Source: Emticicia sp. (GTDB taxonomy: Bacteria; Bacteroidota; Bacteroidia; Cytophagales; Spirosomataceae). From it: 64,000 bases of DNA. The position numbers and the translations under genes were made by a program. The stretch spans positions 7,259 to 71,258 of the forward strand of contig NZ_JBMLRC010000020.1 of assembly GCF_049241225.1 (NCBI RefSeq). The letters are read 5' to 3'. A model generated the notes under the pieces. That model searched no databases. It saw only the letters and a program-made list of their open reading frames with translations, and was not told the origin of the DNA. The first letter of the stretch is position 1, and every line of letters begins with the position of its first letter. Below are positions 52,312-62,499 of this stretch, piece after piece.

Positions 52312-53625
52312 ATGACAAAAGAAAAAGTAGCTATTTTTTGGTTTCGCCGTGACCTTCGTTTGGAAGACAATGCTGGCTTGTACCATGCTTTAAAAAGTGG
52401 ATATAAAGTTTTACCAATTTTTATTTTCGATAAAAATATCTTAGACAAACTCGAAAATAAGAAAGACCAGCGAGTGGAGTTTATCCATCATGCTCTCGTC
52501 GAAATCCAAGAGCAACTTACATCTTTTGGTTCTTCATTATTAGTGAAATATGGTTCTCCTCTTGAGGTATGGAAAACATTGATTTCAGATTTTGATATTG
52601 CCGAGGTTTATACCAATCATGATTACGAAAAATATGCTATCGAACGGGACAAGCAGGTAGGGGAAACATTGAATACGAATGGAATAGCTTTTTATACTTT
52701 TAAAGACCAAACCATTTTTGAGAAAAATGAAGTTTTAAGCGGGGCTGGTACTCCTTATACGGTTTTTACACCCTACAGCAGAAAGTGGAAAGAAACACTC
52801 AATGATTTTTATTTGAAATCTTATCCTACCGAACAATACTTCCAAAACTTCATAAATTCAAATCTTTATGATTTGCCAACTTTGAATGAAATTGGTTTTA
52901 TCGAAACAGGAAGCGTTTTTCCGAAAAAAGAATTGCGAGAAGAGTTGATAAAAAAATACGATGAAGTTCGTGATATTCCATCAATTCTCGGAACAAGCCG
53001 ACTGAGTGTTCATCTTCGTTTCGGTACTGTGAGTATCAGAAAACTTACGCAGAAGGCTTTGGCTCTCAATGAAAAATGGTTGAATGAACTTATCTGGAGA
53101 GATTTCTACATGAATATTCTTTACCATTTTCCTCATATAGCCGAAGGTAAATCATTTAGAAAAGAATACGATAATATAGTTTGGCGAAACAACGAAACTG
53201 AATTTAAAAAATGGTGTGCAGGAAAAACAGGTTACCCGATAGTGGATGCGGGTATGCGAGAGCTCAACGCAACAGGTTTTATGCATAACCGAGTCAGGAT
53301 GATTACTGCCAGTTTTTTGATAAAACATTTATTGATTGATTGGCGTTGGGGTGAAGCCTATTTTGCTGAAAAATTATTGGATTTCGATTTCTCTGCCAAT
53401 AATGGTGGTTGGCAGTGGGCATCGAGTAGTGGCTGTGATGCCGCTCCGTATTTCCGAATTTTTAATCCAACTTCTCAGACTAAGAAATTCGACCCAGAGT
53501 TAAAGTATATTAAAAAATGGATTCCAGAATTGAATAGTTTTGAGTATCCCCGACCAATCGTTGACCACTCTTTTGCTCGCGAACGAGTACTGAAAGCCTA
53601 TAAAGATGCCTTAGATAAAAAGTAG
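52312..53625 (+). CDS. phrB: Deoxyribodipyrimidine (CPD) photolyase, class I
   Basis: WFRRDLRLEDN, TSRLS, GKTGYPIVDAGMR, MHNRVRM, NNGGWQW and FRIFNP. Confidence 0.94.
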   Translation: MTKEKVAIFWFRRDLRLEDNAGLYHALKSGYKVLPIFIFDKNILDKLENKKDQRVEFIHHALVEIQEQLTSFGSSLLVKYGSPLEVWKTLISDFDIAEVYTNHDYEKYAIERDKQVGETLNTNGIAFYTFKDQTIFEKNEVLSGAGTPYTVFTPYSRKWKETLNDFYLKSYPTEQYFQNFINSNLYDLPTLNEIGFIETGSVFPKKELREELIKKYDEVRDIPSILGTSRLSVHLRFGTVSIRKLTQKALALNEKWLNELIWRDFYMNILYHFPHIAEGKSFRKEYDNIVWRNNETEFKKWCAGKTGYPIVDAGMRELNATGFMHNRVRMITASFLIKHLLIDWRWGEAYFAEKLLDFDFSANNGGWQWASSSGCDAAPYFRIFNPTSQTKKFDPELKYIKKWIPELNSFEYPRPIVDHSFARERVLKAYKDALDKK

Positions 53626-53703
53626 AATGATTTGCTACTTCGGGCCGAAGTGTGTATTTTTGATTGAGGGTTTTGGCTCTAAATCAAAAGTAATCCAACA
53701 AAA

Positions 53704-56637
53704 ATGACATTTCTTAATCAATCGGCTCAATATATTTTTGAAAAACATCCACTCGTACAGCTAAAAAATATTTGTGTGGTATTGCCGAGTCGTAGAGCAG
53801 TTTTTTATTTCAAACAAGCACTTTCAAAATTTTCTGATGTGCCATTTATCTCGCCTGAGATTTTGGCCATTGATGATTTTGTTATGCAAATGTCGGGAGT
53901 CAATCAGATAGATGCAGTGAGTTTGCTATTTGAATTGTACGAGACTTTTAAAAAATACGACCCCGAGGTAAAGTTTGAAAGATTTATTTCTTGGGCTCCG
54001 ACACTCCTCCGTGATTTTGATACGATTGATTTATATTTGGTCGATAATCCCAAATCGATATTTGAATACATGAGTGAGGCAAAGGTGTTGGAAAGATGGA
54101 ACCCTTCGCAACTAGACAATGGCCGTCAGGCTTATGAGATTACTCCGACTCTTGATAAATATTTCAAACTCTTCGAAAATATTTATAATGTTTATACTGA
54201 TTTGCAAAAATCGCTTACCGAAAAAGGTTTGGCATATCGAGGAATGGCCTATCGCATTTTAGCAGAATCAGTTAAACAGCTCTTGGTCGAGAAGAATGAA
54301 AATTCTATTATCTTTGAAAAATACTATTTTATCGGTTTCAATGCCCTAAGTGCCTCCGAAGAAAAAATTATTGAAACCCTCGTGAAAACTAACCGAGCCG
54401 AAACTCTTTGGGATGCTGATACCTACTTTATGAGTCCGGAGTATAATCATAAAGCTGGCTCGCTATTGCGTACGTATAAAAATAGCGGTAGGTTTGGAAA
54501 ATGGAATTGGCAAACCGATGAATTACTCAAAGGTGAGAAACAGATGAGAATAATAGGAGTGGAGAATGCTACACTTCAGACCAAAGTTGCTGGACATCTT
54601 TATGCTGAAGCTGTTGCTGACAACCCTGATGTTCCAACAGTTATTGTACTGGCCGATGAAAATTTATTACAGCCAGTTATGTATTCCCTCAACGAACGAA
54701 TCTCCGATTTTAATATTACGATGGGACTTTCATTGCGTGGTTCAATGTTATTTACATTGATTGACGCAATTTTTGAACTTCAACAAAATATTGCAGAATT
54801 TAAAACAAGAGATGGTGGTACTGTAAAAATGCCAAAGTTTAGTCATCGGCACATTTTCAAAGTATTGAACCATCCGTTTATAAGACGTTATGAACAAATA
54901 AAGTATGCGGCCGATATTAAAGCAAAATCTCAGGAAAGAACAGTTTTTAGAAAAACACTTTCTGAAATTTTGAAGAGAAACGCAGTATATCTGAGTCAGG
55001 ATGAAATGTTGGAATTAGGTGAAAATGAACCTATCTTCAAAATATTGTTTTCACGTTGGGGAGAAAATCCGCAAAAAGCTCTTTTTGCATTTTATGATTT
55101 GATTGACGAACTCAGAAATGTTTACCGAGATTCAAACGATGCTATCGAAACCGAATACCTTTATCTGTTTCTTACTATATTACACCGTCTTGAAAAAATA
55201 CTATTTCAGAATAAAGACTTGAGTTTGAGAAGCTTCAAACATTTTCTATATGAGTTAATCAAGCAAGAAAAAATACCCTTTAGCGGTGAGCCAGTTTCAA
55301 ACTTACAAATTATGGGTATGCTCGAAACTCGATGTCTGGATTTCGAAAGAGTGATTATTCTATCGGTGAATGAGGGAATTTTACCATCGGCCAAACATGT
55401 AAATTCTTTGATTCCGTTTGATGCCTGTATCGAATACCATCTACCAGTGCATTCCGACCAAGACGCTGTAATGTCATATCATTTTTTTAGATTATTGCAG
55501 AGAGCTAAAGAAATTGATATTTTGTATGTAATTCCAAATGGCGAAGGACTTGGGGGCGGAGGTAGCGAAAAGAGTAGATTTATTTTACAGATAGAAAATG
55601 AATTGGTAAAAGAAAATAAAAATATTAAATTGTCGTATCCAAAGATAAGTTTTGGGAAAGATAATGATGCAGATGTAATTAATAAAATTGAGATTTTTAA
55701 GAATCAGGAAATCCTTGAGAATATAAGTAAACTTATTGCAGAAAAAGGAATTTACCCAACTTCGCTGAGTAATTACTTAAAATGTTCATTGCAGTTCTAT
55801 TTCGATAAAGTTGCAAAAATTTCAAAGAGAGAAGAAATTGATGAAAATTTTGGAGCGGACGTTTTCGGAACCTGGATTCATAATACCTTAGAAAAAATCG
55901 ACAAAGATTATGGTCCAGTAATTTTTGAGGAAAATATCGAAAAGATTATCAGTGAGTTAGAAAAAAGACTTGACGATGCTTACCAAGAAAAATTCGGTGG
56001 TTTTGTGGTTGAGTCGGGTATGAATTATTTATTAAAACAAGTAGCCGAACAATTATTAAAAGATTTTTTTGTGAGCCAACGTGAGGTTCAAAATTTTCCG
56101 ATTGAGGTAATTGAAGCCGAACAACTCATTGAAGTTATCTACGAAAAAAATATTCTTGGGAAGAATCAGAAAATAAAAATTGCTGGTCGAATCGACAGAA
56201 TTGAGCGAGAAGGAAAGACCCTAAAAGTTATTGATTATAAAACGGGAAAAGTAGTTGCGAAAGATTTGGAAACTCCCAAAGACCTAACTTTGGAAGAAGC
56301 ACTCCGAGACCCTGATAAAGAAAAATTACGCCAACTTTGGTTGTACCAATACCTTGTTACAAAATCAATGAATGAGCGAAAGCTCATCATTGGTGGAGAA
56401 AAGTTTGAAAATTATGGTGTTACAGCTAAAATTTATTCATTCCGTAATTTAAAAGAAAAATTAGAAGTAAATTTGAGTTTTGAAAGTGACCCAACGATTT
56501 TTGGTTTTATTGAAAAGTCCGAAGAAATTTTGACCCAAATTATTACCGATTTATTGAACCCAGAAATACCATTCGTCCAAACAACCGAAATCAAAACTTG
56601 CGAAAGATGCGACTTCCGTGGGATTTGTGGTAAATAA
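53704..56637 (+). CDS. AddB/RecB-like PD-(D/E)XK nuclease with an inactive helicase region
   Basis: LPSRRA, LQIMGMLETR, GRIDRIE..VIDYKTG, QLWLY and the Fe-S Cys set (CSLQFY...CERCDFRGIC). Confidence 0.88.
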   Translation: MTFLNQSAQYIFEKHPLVQLKNICVVLPSRRAVFYFKQALSKFSDVPFISPEILAIDDFVMQMSGVNQIDAVSLLFELYETFKKYDPEVKFERFISWAPTLLRDFDTIDLYLVDNPKSIFEYMSEAKVLERWNPSQLDNGRQAYEITPTLDKYFKLFENIYNVYTDLQKSLTEKGLAYRGMAYRILAESVKQLLVEKNENSIIFEKYYFIGFNALSASEEKIIETLVKTNRAETLWDADTYFMSPEYNHKAGSLLRTYKNSGRFGKWNWQTDELLKGEKQMRIIGVENATLQTKVAGHLYAEAVADNPDVPTVIVLADENLLQPVMYSLNERISDFNITMGLSLRGSMLFTLIDAIFELQQNIAEFKTRDGGTVKMPKFSHRHIFKVLNHPFIRRYEQIKYAADIKAKSQERTVFRKTLSEILKRNAVYLSQDEMLELGENEPIFKILFSRWGENPQKALFAFYDLIDELRNVYRDSNDAIETEYLYLFLTILHRLEKILFQNKDLSLRSFKHFLYELIKQEKIPFSGEPVSNLQIMGMLETRCLDFERVIILSVNEGILPSAKHVNSLIPFDACIEYHLPVHSDQDAVMSYHFFRLLQRAKEIDILYVIPNGEGLGGGGSEKSRFILQIENELVKENKNIKLSYPKISFGKDNDADVINKIEIFKNQEILENISKLIAEKGIYPTSLSNYLKCSLQFYFDKVAKISKREEIDENFGADVFGTWIHNTLEKIDKDYGPVIFEENIEKIISELEKRLDDAYQEKFGGFVVESGMNYLLKQVAEQLLKDFFVSQREVQNFPIEVIEAEQLIEVIYEKNILGKNQKIKIAGRIDRIEREGKTLKVIDYKTGKVVAKDLETPKDLTLEEALRDPDKEKLRQLWLYQYLVTKSMNERKLIIGGEKFENYGVTAKIYSFRNLKEKLEVNLSFESDPTIFGFIEKSEEILTQIITDLLNPEIPFVQTTEIKTCERCDFRGICGK

Positions 56638-56640
56638 AAT

Positions 56641-57774
56641 TTGCGTATTTTGAAAACTAACACTAAAACTCCAGCTAAGGGAATTAAGAATATTCCGTTT
56701 CTTGACTTAAAGTTGATAAATCGACCATACGAGAAAGAGATAAATACTGCATTAAAAAATGCAGTGGCATCGGGTTGGTTTGTCTTAGGCGAAGAAGTGA
56801 AAAAGTTTGAAAAAACTTTCGCAGAATATTGTGGAGTAAAGCATTGCATTGGCGTTGCCAACGGGCTCGATGCCTTAGTACTTTTGTTGAAGGCTTCGCA
56901 GTTTCCACCTGATTCCGAAGTGATAGTTCCTTCAAATACCTACATTGCTTCAATCTTGGCAATCACTATGGCAGGTTTCAAACCAATTTTAGTGGAGCCA
57001 GATATTGAGACTTACTTGATTGACCCCGCAAAAATTGAAGAAAAAATTACTCGAAATACAAAAGCTATCTTAGTGGTTCATCTTTACGGGAAATGCTGTG
57101 ACATAGAAGCCGTGATGAGAGTTGCCCATAGATATGATTTAAAAGTTTTTGAAGATGCAGCTCAATCTCATGGGGCAACCTATCAAGGAAAGAAAGCTGG
57201 TAATCTGGCAGATGGTGCTGGGTTTAGTTTTTATCCAACAAAGAATTTAGGTGCAATGGGTGATGCTGGTGCAATTACCACTAATGATGATGCCCTAGCT
57301 GAACGACTAAGAGCACAGCGTAATTATGGCTCGGGGAAAAAATATGTTTTTGATTATCAAGGTCTCAATAGTCGTTTAGATGAATTGCAAGCCGCGATTC
57401 TTAATGTTAAATTTTCGAACCTTGATTCAGATAATTTTATTCGCCAAAAAATTGCAAATAGATATTTATCCGAAATAATTAATCCGAAAATTATTTTACC
57501 ACCTGCCAGTACAGTAAACCAAGATGCTTGGCATTTGTTTGTGGTGAGGGTTGAGAATCGAGAAAAGTTTAGAAAATATCTAAACGAAAATGGAATTGGT
57601 TCGGATATACATTATCCGATTGCTCCGCACAAACAATTGGCCTACAGAGAGTGGAACAATCGTACTTTTGCCATTGCAGAAAAAATCCATGAAGAGGTAG
57701 TGAGTATTCCGCTCAATGTTACATTAACCGAAAAAGAGATTACCTACATTATTGAAAAAATAAACAAGTACTAA
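56641..57774 (+). CDS. DegT/DnrJ/EryC1 sugar aminotransferase (FdtB-like)
   Basis: GVANGLDAL, EDAAQSHGA, SFYPTKNLGAMGDAG and NSRLDELQAA. Confidence 0.93.
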   Translation: MRILKTNTKTPAKGIKNIPFLDLKLINRPYEKEINTALKNAVASGWFVLGEEVKKFEKTFAEYCGVKHCIGVANGLDALVLLLKASQFPPDSEVIVPSNTYIASILAITMAGFKPILVEPDIETYLIDPAKIEEKITRNTKAILVVHLYGKCCDIEAVMRVAHRYDLKVFEDAAQSHGATYQGKKAGNLADGAGFSFYPTKNLGAMGDAGAITTNDDALAERLRAQRNYGSGKKYVFDYQGLNSRLDELQAAILNVKFSNLDSDNFIRQKIANRYLSEIINPKIILPPASTVNQDAWHLFVVRVENREKFRKYLNENGIGSDIHYPIAPHKQLAYREWNNRTFAIAEKIHEEVVSIPLNVTLTEKEITYIIEKINKY

Positions 57775-57803
57775 AGTTATATTCAGTTATCAATTATACA
57801 TTA

Positions 57804-58700
57804 ATGATACCACATAAATCAAAATTACTTTCTGTCGTAATACCCGTGTATAAAGGAGCAAAGACAATCGCTCATCTTGTAGAGACTTTGCAAGCCGAAT
57901 TGAAACAATACGAATTTGAAATAATTTTGGTAAACGACGGTAGCCCTGATGACTCCGAAAAAGTTTGTAAAACTTTAGCTGCTGAAAATTCAAATCTCAA
58001 ATTTTACTCTCTCCGAAAAAACTTCGGTGAGTTCAATGCAGTAATGTGCGGCTTGAATCATGTTGAGGCTAAATACGCAGTTATCATTGATGATGATTTT
58101 CAAAATCCTCCGTCCGAAATTATAAAATTAGTTGAGAAAGCGGAGACTGAAAACTTTGATGTCGTATATAGTTTTTATGCCGAAAAGAAGCATCATTTTT
58201 TTAGAAATTTTGGGAGTTGGTTAGTCAATCGACTGACTACCTCACTTCTACAAAAACCAGCCGATTTATATCTGTCGAGTTTTAAGCTTATTAATTTTGA
58301 AGTTGTCCAAGAAATTATCAAATACCGAGGGCCATATCCTTACATCGATGCACTCATATTTCGAGTAACAAATAATGTAGGCAAAATTCAAGTTCAGCAC
58401 AATGCTCGCATGGAAGGAGAGTCGAACTATACTATCAAAAGATTAATCACACTTTTTATGACTATCCTTTTTGGGTATTCAATTCTGCCAGTTCGTATAA
58501 TTCTTTCCTTGGGTATATTTTCGTTAGTACTTTCAATCCTGCTCATACTTCTTTATATTTTTAGAGTCATACCAGACTGGGGAATTGCAATTTTTATTTT
58601 CTTCGGCGGAGTACAGTTAACCTCACTTGGTATTATTGGTGAATATGTGTCGAAGGCATTTTTATCACAAAACCAAACTCCTCAATACATTGAAAAGTAA
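57804..58700 (+). CDS. Polyprenol-phosphate glycosyltransferase (ArnC/GtrB-like GT2)
   Basis: VNDGSPD, RKNFG and DDDFQNPP, with two C-terminal TMs ending GIIGEYV. Confidence 0.9.
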   Translation: MIPHKSKLLSVVIPVYKGAKTIAHLVETLQAELKQYEFEIILVNDGSPDDSEKVCKTLAAENSNLKFYSLRKNFGEFNAVMCGLNHVEAKYAVIIDDDFQNPPSEIIKLVEKAETENFDVVYSFYAEKKHHFFRNFGSWLVNRLTTSLLQKPADLYLSSFKLINFEVVQEIIKYRGPYPYIDALIFRVTNNVGKIQVQHNARMEGESNYTIKRLITLFMTILFGYSILPVRIILSLGIFSLVLSILLILLYIFRVIPDWGIAIFIFFGGVQLTSLGIIGEYVSKAFLSQNQTPQYIEK

Positions 58701-58737
58701 TCCCAGCTTGAAATCCTAACCAAACCATCAAATAAAA

Positions 58738-59505
58738 ATGCTTATTAATTACGACGAGTACAGAATGATGTATGAAGCCGAAGAAAAACTTTGGTGGTAC
58801 AGGATTCTGCATGAAAAAGTTTTAAAGGAAATTCAGAATAGATTTCAAGCAAATAAGCAAATCAAAATTCTAGATGCTGGTTGTGGGACGGGCGGACTGA
58901 TGAGTTTTTTAATAAAGCATGGCTACGAAAATATTCAAGGTTTTGATTATTCACTCGACGCTGTAAGTTTTTGTAAAGAACGAAATCTCGATGTTCAACA
59001 AACTGATATAACCAATTTTGAAAATGTATTTGGGCAAGAAAGTTTTGATGTAATTGTAAATGATGATGTCGTATATCAGTTTGATAACTCAACTATTGCG
59101 AATATTTTTCATACTTTTCAATCAATTTTAAAATCAGACGGAATCATCATTACTAACAATAATGCGTTCAATGTTTTCTACGGAACACATGATATTGCTG
59201 TAGGAGGAAAGCAGCGTTTTACACTATCTGATTTTGAGAAGACTTTAGAAAATCTACCATTAAAAATCACTCACCATACTTATTGGAGTTTACTGTTATC
59301 TCCACTTATTTTGGTAGTCAGGCTCACACAGCAAATCCAATTAAAACTAAATTTAATCGACCTAAAAAATATTAAATCAGATGTAACTGTACCTTCTGAT
59401 TTTGTAAATAACTTTTTTTATCAAATTGTAAAGCTTGAAGAAAGGCTATTTAAGAAAGGTTTTTTCGGTAGTTCGTTGTTTTTAGTGCTTAGAAAAAAAC
59501 TTTAA
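58738..59505 (+). CDS. Class I SAM-dependent methyltransferase
   Basis: E..LWWY, ILDAGCGTGG and HD. Confidence 0.88.
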   Translation: MLINYDEYRMMYEAEEKLWWYRILHEKVLKEIQNRFQANKQIKILDAGCGTGGLMSFLIKHGYENIQGFDYSLDAVSFCKERNLDVQQTDITNFENVFGQESFDVIVNDDVVYQFDNSTIANIFHTFQSILKSDGIIITNNNAFNVFYGTHDIAVGGKQRFTLSDFEKTLENLPLKITHHTYWSLLLSPLILVVRLTQQIQLKLNLIDLKNIKSDVTVPSDFVNNFFYQIVKLEERLFKKGFFGSSLFLVLRKKL

Positions 59506-59657
59506 AAAATGTTTATTTATAAAATATTGATAGTCAATTAGATATATTTTGAGTAGAAAAAAAAGTTAAAAAATATCATATTTTTTTCGTTTCGCTATTG
59601 ACATTTAGAAAAAAACGCCGTACTTTTGTATCACAATAAGGCAGTGACCAACAACAT

Positions 59658-59742
59658 AGAGAGATGGCAGAGTGGTCGAATGCGGCGGTCTTGAAAACCG
59701 TTGACTGTAACAGGTCCGGGGGTTCGAATCCCTCTCTCTCTG
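59658..59742 (+). tRNA. tRNA-Ser(TGA)
   Basis: AGAGAGA/TCTCTCT acceptor stem, CT-TGA-AA anticodon loop, long variable arm and GGTTCGAATCC. Promoter TTG-N20-TACTTTTG at 59598-59628. Confidence 0.97.
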
Positions 59743-59746
59743 CTTC

Positions 59747-59779
59747 AAAAGCCGAATCGCAAGATTCGGCTTTTTTTTG
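59747..59779 (+). terminator. Terminator after tRNA-Ser
   Basis: aaaagccgaatc-gcaa-gattcggctttttttt. Confidence 0.85.
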
Positions 59780-59819
59780 TATCTTTACTTCCGTATAAAT
59801 TTACTTCATATCAAACTTT

Positions 59820-60053
59820 ATGTGGCAAGAACAAGATAATCGCCTTACTCGTACTTTCATCTTTAAAAACTTCTCCGAAGCATTTTCATTCATGACAAGA
59901 GTAGCTATGTTGGCCGAACAACATGAGCATCACCCAAACTGGTCGAATGTGTGGAATACTGTTAAAATCGAATTGACCACACACGATGCAGGAAATACAA
60001 TTACTCAAAAAGATCGAGATTTAGCAGCCGCGATTGATAAATTGTTTAATTAA
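59820..60053 (+). CDS. Pterin-4a-carbinolamine dehydratase
   Basis: [14 protein letters not shown] and LTTHDAG. Confidence 0.93.
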   Translation: MWQEQDNRLTRTFIFKNFSEAFSFMTRVAMLAEQHEHHPNWSNVWNTVKIELTTHDAGNTITQKDRDLAAAIDKLFN

Positions 60054-60149
60054 GTGGCAGCAAAATAGTTTTCCACTCATGTTCGTAACTTGTTGATAAT
60101 CAAGTGTTTATGGTTTTTAAGTAGCTCTCCGCAGTTAGGTAAAAGCCTT

Positions 60150-60310
60150 GTTTTAGGATTTTTTTATACGAAAATCGCCAAAATTGAGTAAAATTTAAGA
60201 TTCAAAACGGCTGAGAATTGAATATTTTTTTATTGTCTTATACTTTATGCGATATATTTAATTCTCATTCGTTTTAAAATGCTGGTTTTCGTATAAAAAA
60301 ATCCTAAAAC
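60150..60310. repeat. 161-bp nested inverted repeat (MITE-like or structured RNA)
   Basis: Perfect 25-bp outer arms at 60150-60174 and 60286-60310. Inner 22-bp arms at 60204-60225 and 60254-60275 match at 19 of 22 positions. Confidence 0.85.
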
Positions 60311-60352
60311 CTATCATTCTGATATACTTTTCACCCTTATAAAACTATTAAA

Positions 60353-61075
60353 ATGTCAACTTCGCTAAAAAGGCAAATTAGCATATTCAGTCTTACAATG
60401 ATAGCTATTGGTTCTAGTATCGGCCCTGGAATTTTTCGTACGCCATCAGAAATTGTAATATAACTTTCAAGCAAAGACCTAATGCGTTAAGTTTGGATTT
60501 TGGTGGAATCATTGCTATCTGTTGTGCAGTGATTTTTACCAAAATTGCTGCAAATTTATCAAGAGTTGGTGGTTTCTATGTTTATCCGAAAGAAGCTTAC
60601 CTTGAGCTAACTGCTTTTCTAAACGGTTAGTTGATATTGTGTAATAAACACTGGTTCATTGGCAGTATTAAGTTTTGTATTTACATTTTACTTAAAAGTA
60701 TTTATTCCGATTTCCGAAAGTATGGAATTGGTCATTTCAGTTGTATCAATTTAATTACTGATATTGATGAATATTTTGGGAGTTAGGTATGAAAACCTTT
60801 TTGCAAGTATATTTACTTCTTTCATCTTCCTTGGTATTATGTCAGTGGTTTTATTGAAATTCTATGCTGTACCAATACTAATGTTAATTTTATAAATACA
60901 TATTCTCAACAAAATACGAATATTCTATCATTAATTTCAGCATTTGGCCTTGCTTTGATTGGGGTGTGCTTTTCTTGTGGAGGTTTCCAACATACAACTT
61001 TTATCGCAGCCGAAGTGAAAGATGCCAGTAAAATTGAACCAAAAGCTATGATTTTGAGCAGTATTGTTGTATATG
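60353..61075 (+). pseudogene. APC-family amino acid permease pseudogene
   Basis: MSTSLKRQISIFSLTMIAIGSSIGPGIFRTPSEI, then GGFYVY.KEAY, NTGSLA, NILGVR and FSCGGFQHTTFIAAEVKD across frameshifts and stops. Truncated. Confidence 0.85.
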
Positions 61076-61378
61076 CAGATTAAGTTTGCAATTGAAAATG
61101 AAAAAGATGAATATATTTATGCTCGCGGGAATAATCTAACTATGAATAGGTTGTGTCCGAAAATAGTTGTTCTTATAGGAGGTGAAGATTGCATGATAGT
61201 AGGAATTGGGGCTGCAGCTATAAGTAATGCTTTAGTTTCGCAGGTAAATGCTGGGGAGCAAATAGAAAGTGTTCAGTACATTTGGGCCGCTTATCTGATG
61301 GTTAAAATTTACCAAGATTTTACATATAAACCCATTTTGTCGACCACACACAATGACATAATAGAATTAGCGATGTAG
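61064..61378 (+). other. Probable gene fragment of unknown identity
   Basis: 104-codon ORF with a TTG start overlapping the pseudogene end. No recognised motif. Confidence 0.25.
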
Positions 61379-61978
61379 TAGCTAGTGAGATGCGTGGCTT
61401 GAAGGAGAAAATTACTCAAATATTCCACGATTAATTTATGTATTCTGGTAATATTTTGGCTCCGCAAAATGATTGCTTAATGCCACGTTGCTTACGACAT
61501 TGCCGATTCGGCTAAAATAATCTCTGAAATAATCCTAAAAGTATTAAATTATTTGAGAATACTGAAAAAAATGAGCGTATTTACTAACCATTTAGTGGAG
61601 AAATCCCATAAATAGAACTTGCCAAACAATAAATGAAAATGCCAATGGGAATGTTTACTATTGCATTAAAGAATAAAAATGTAGTTATAATAAGAAAATT
61701 TTGTGAGTCATTACAAAAATTACTTACTGTGGTTTCAAGGAAACGACACAAATCTCCGATAATGCATAAATGTACATTACTAGTAAAATAGCCCACAAGT
61801 TGATATATTCCGATTTTATATCGGATTAGAAGAAGCCAGCACGATTTTAAAAATTTTAGACAAAAAACTAGCTGTTTTACAGCTAAATAGCCATAAATTT
61901 TGTTAAAAATTAAGCAAAAGTATTCACCAATACATATTTATGATATGTACTATTGAAATTAAGATGCAAAAATAAATC

Positions 61979-62119
61979 TTAATACCATGAATAAACATTA
62001 CGAGGACGTGATTGTAAGCTTACCAAATATCCTTTTGGAGCATACAACTCTTTTTCTTCGTTCATGCGGGTCATTAAAAGACCACCAATGGCAAGTGAGG
62101 CAATTGTAAGTAATAACAT
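61979..62119 (-). CDS. 46-aa microprotein, paralog A (MLLLTIASLAIGGLLMTRMNEEKELYAPKGYLVSLQSRPRNVYSWY)
   Basis: Manual translation from ATG 62119 to TAA 61979. Paralogous to 62323-62457, with mostly synonymous divergence. Confidence 0.85.
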   Translation of the reverse strand: MLLLTIASLAIGGLLMTRMNEEKELYAPKGYLVSLQSRPRNVYSWY

Positions 62120-62322
62120 AAGTTTTGCACGTTTTATAGTGTAATATTTGTTATTTACTTTGTTAAAAACAATGCCAATTATAACTCAAGTGTTGATTGT
62201 CAGATTTTTTTATCGTAAAATCCGAAAAAATATGCTTGATGTATAGAAAAATAATTTTAAATATTTTTTAAAAGACTAGATTTTAATGGAAATCTTCCTG
62301 TAAAAATTATTTAAAGTACATT

Positions 62323-62457
62323 CTAATAGTAGTAAACATTACGAGGGCGTGACTGTAAATTTACTAAGTAGCCTTTTGGAGCGTAAAGTTCTTCAGTCTC
62401 ACGAACTTTAGTCATCATGATTCCGCCGATTGCGAGTGCTAATGCTGCTAATAACAT
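62323..62457 (-). CDS. 44-aa microprotein, paralog B (MLLAALALAIGGIMMTKVRETEELYAPKGYLVNLQSRPRNVYYY)
   Basis: Manual translation from ATG 62457 to TAG 62323. A consensus promoter lies upstream. Confidence 0.87.
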   Translation of the reverse strand: MLLAALALAIGGIMMTKVRETEELYAPKGYLVNLQSRPRNVYYY

Positions 62458-62499
62458 GGTTTTATGGGATTTATTAGGATTAAAGGGAAATAATTTATT

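Noticed and set aside
53704-56637. Cas4-like or anti-phage defence nuclease
   Set aside because: Its length and inactive-helicase-plus-nuclease layout fit a housekeeping AddB-type subunit, and there is no defence context.
59701-59895. 64-aa ORF
   Set aside because: It overlaps tRNA-Ser, its terminator and the dehydratase gene.
61979-62457. Double-glycine bacteriocin or RiPP precursors
   Set aside because: The GG follows a short hydrophobic stretch rather than an ELSxxEL-type leader. The C-terminal part is the conserved part, and no peptidase-transporter or modifying enzyme is nearby. Not excluded in trans.
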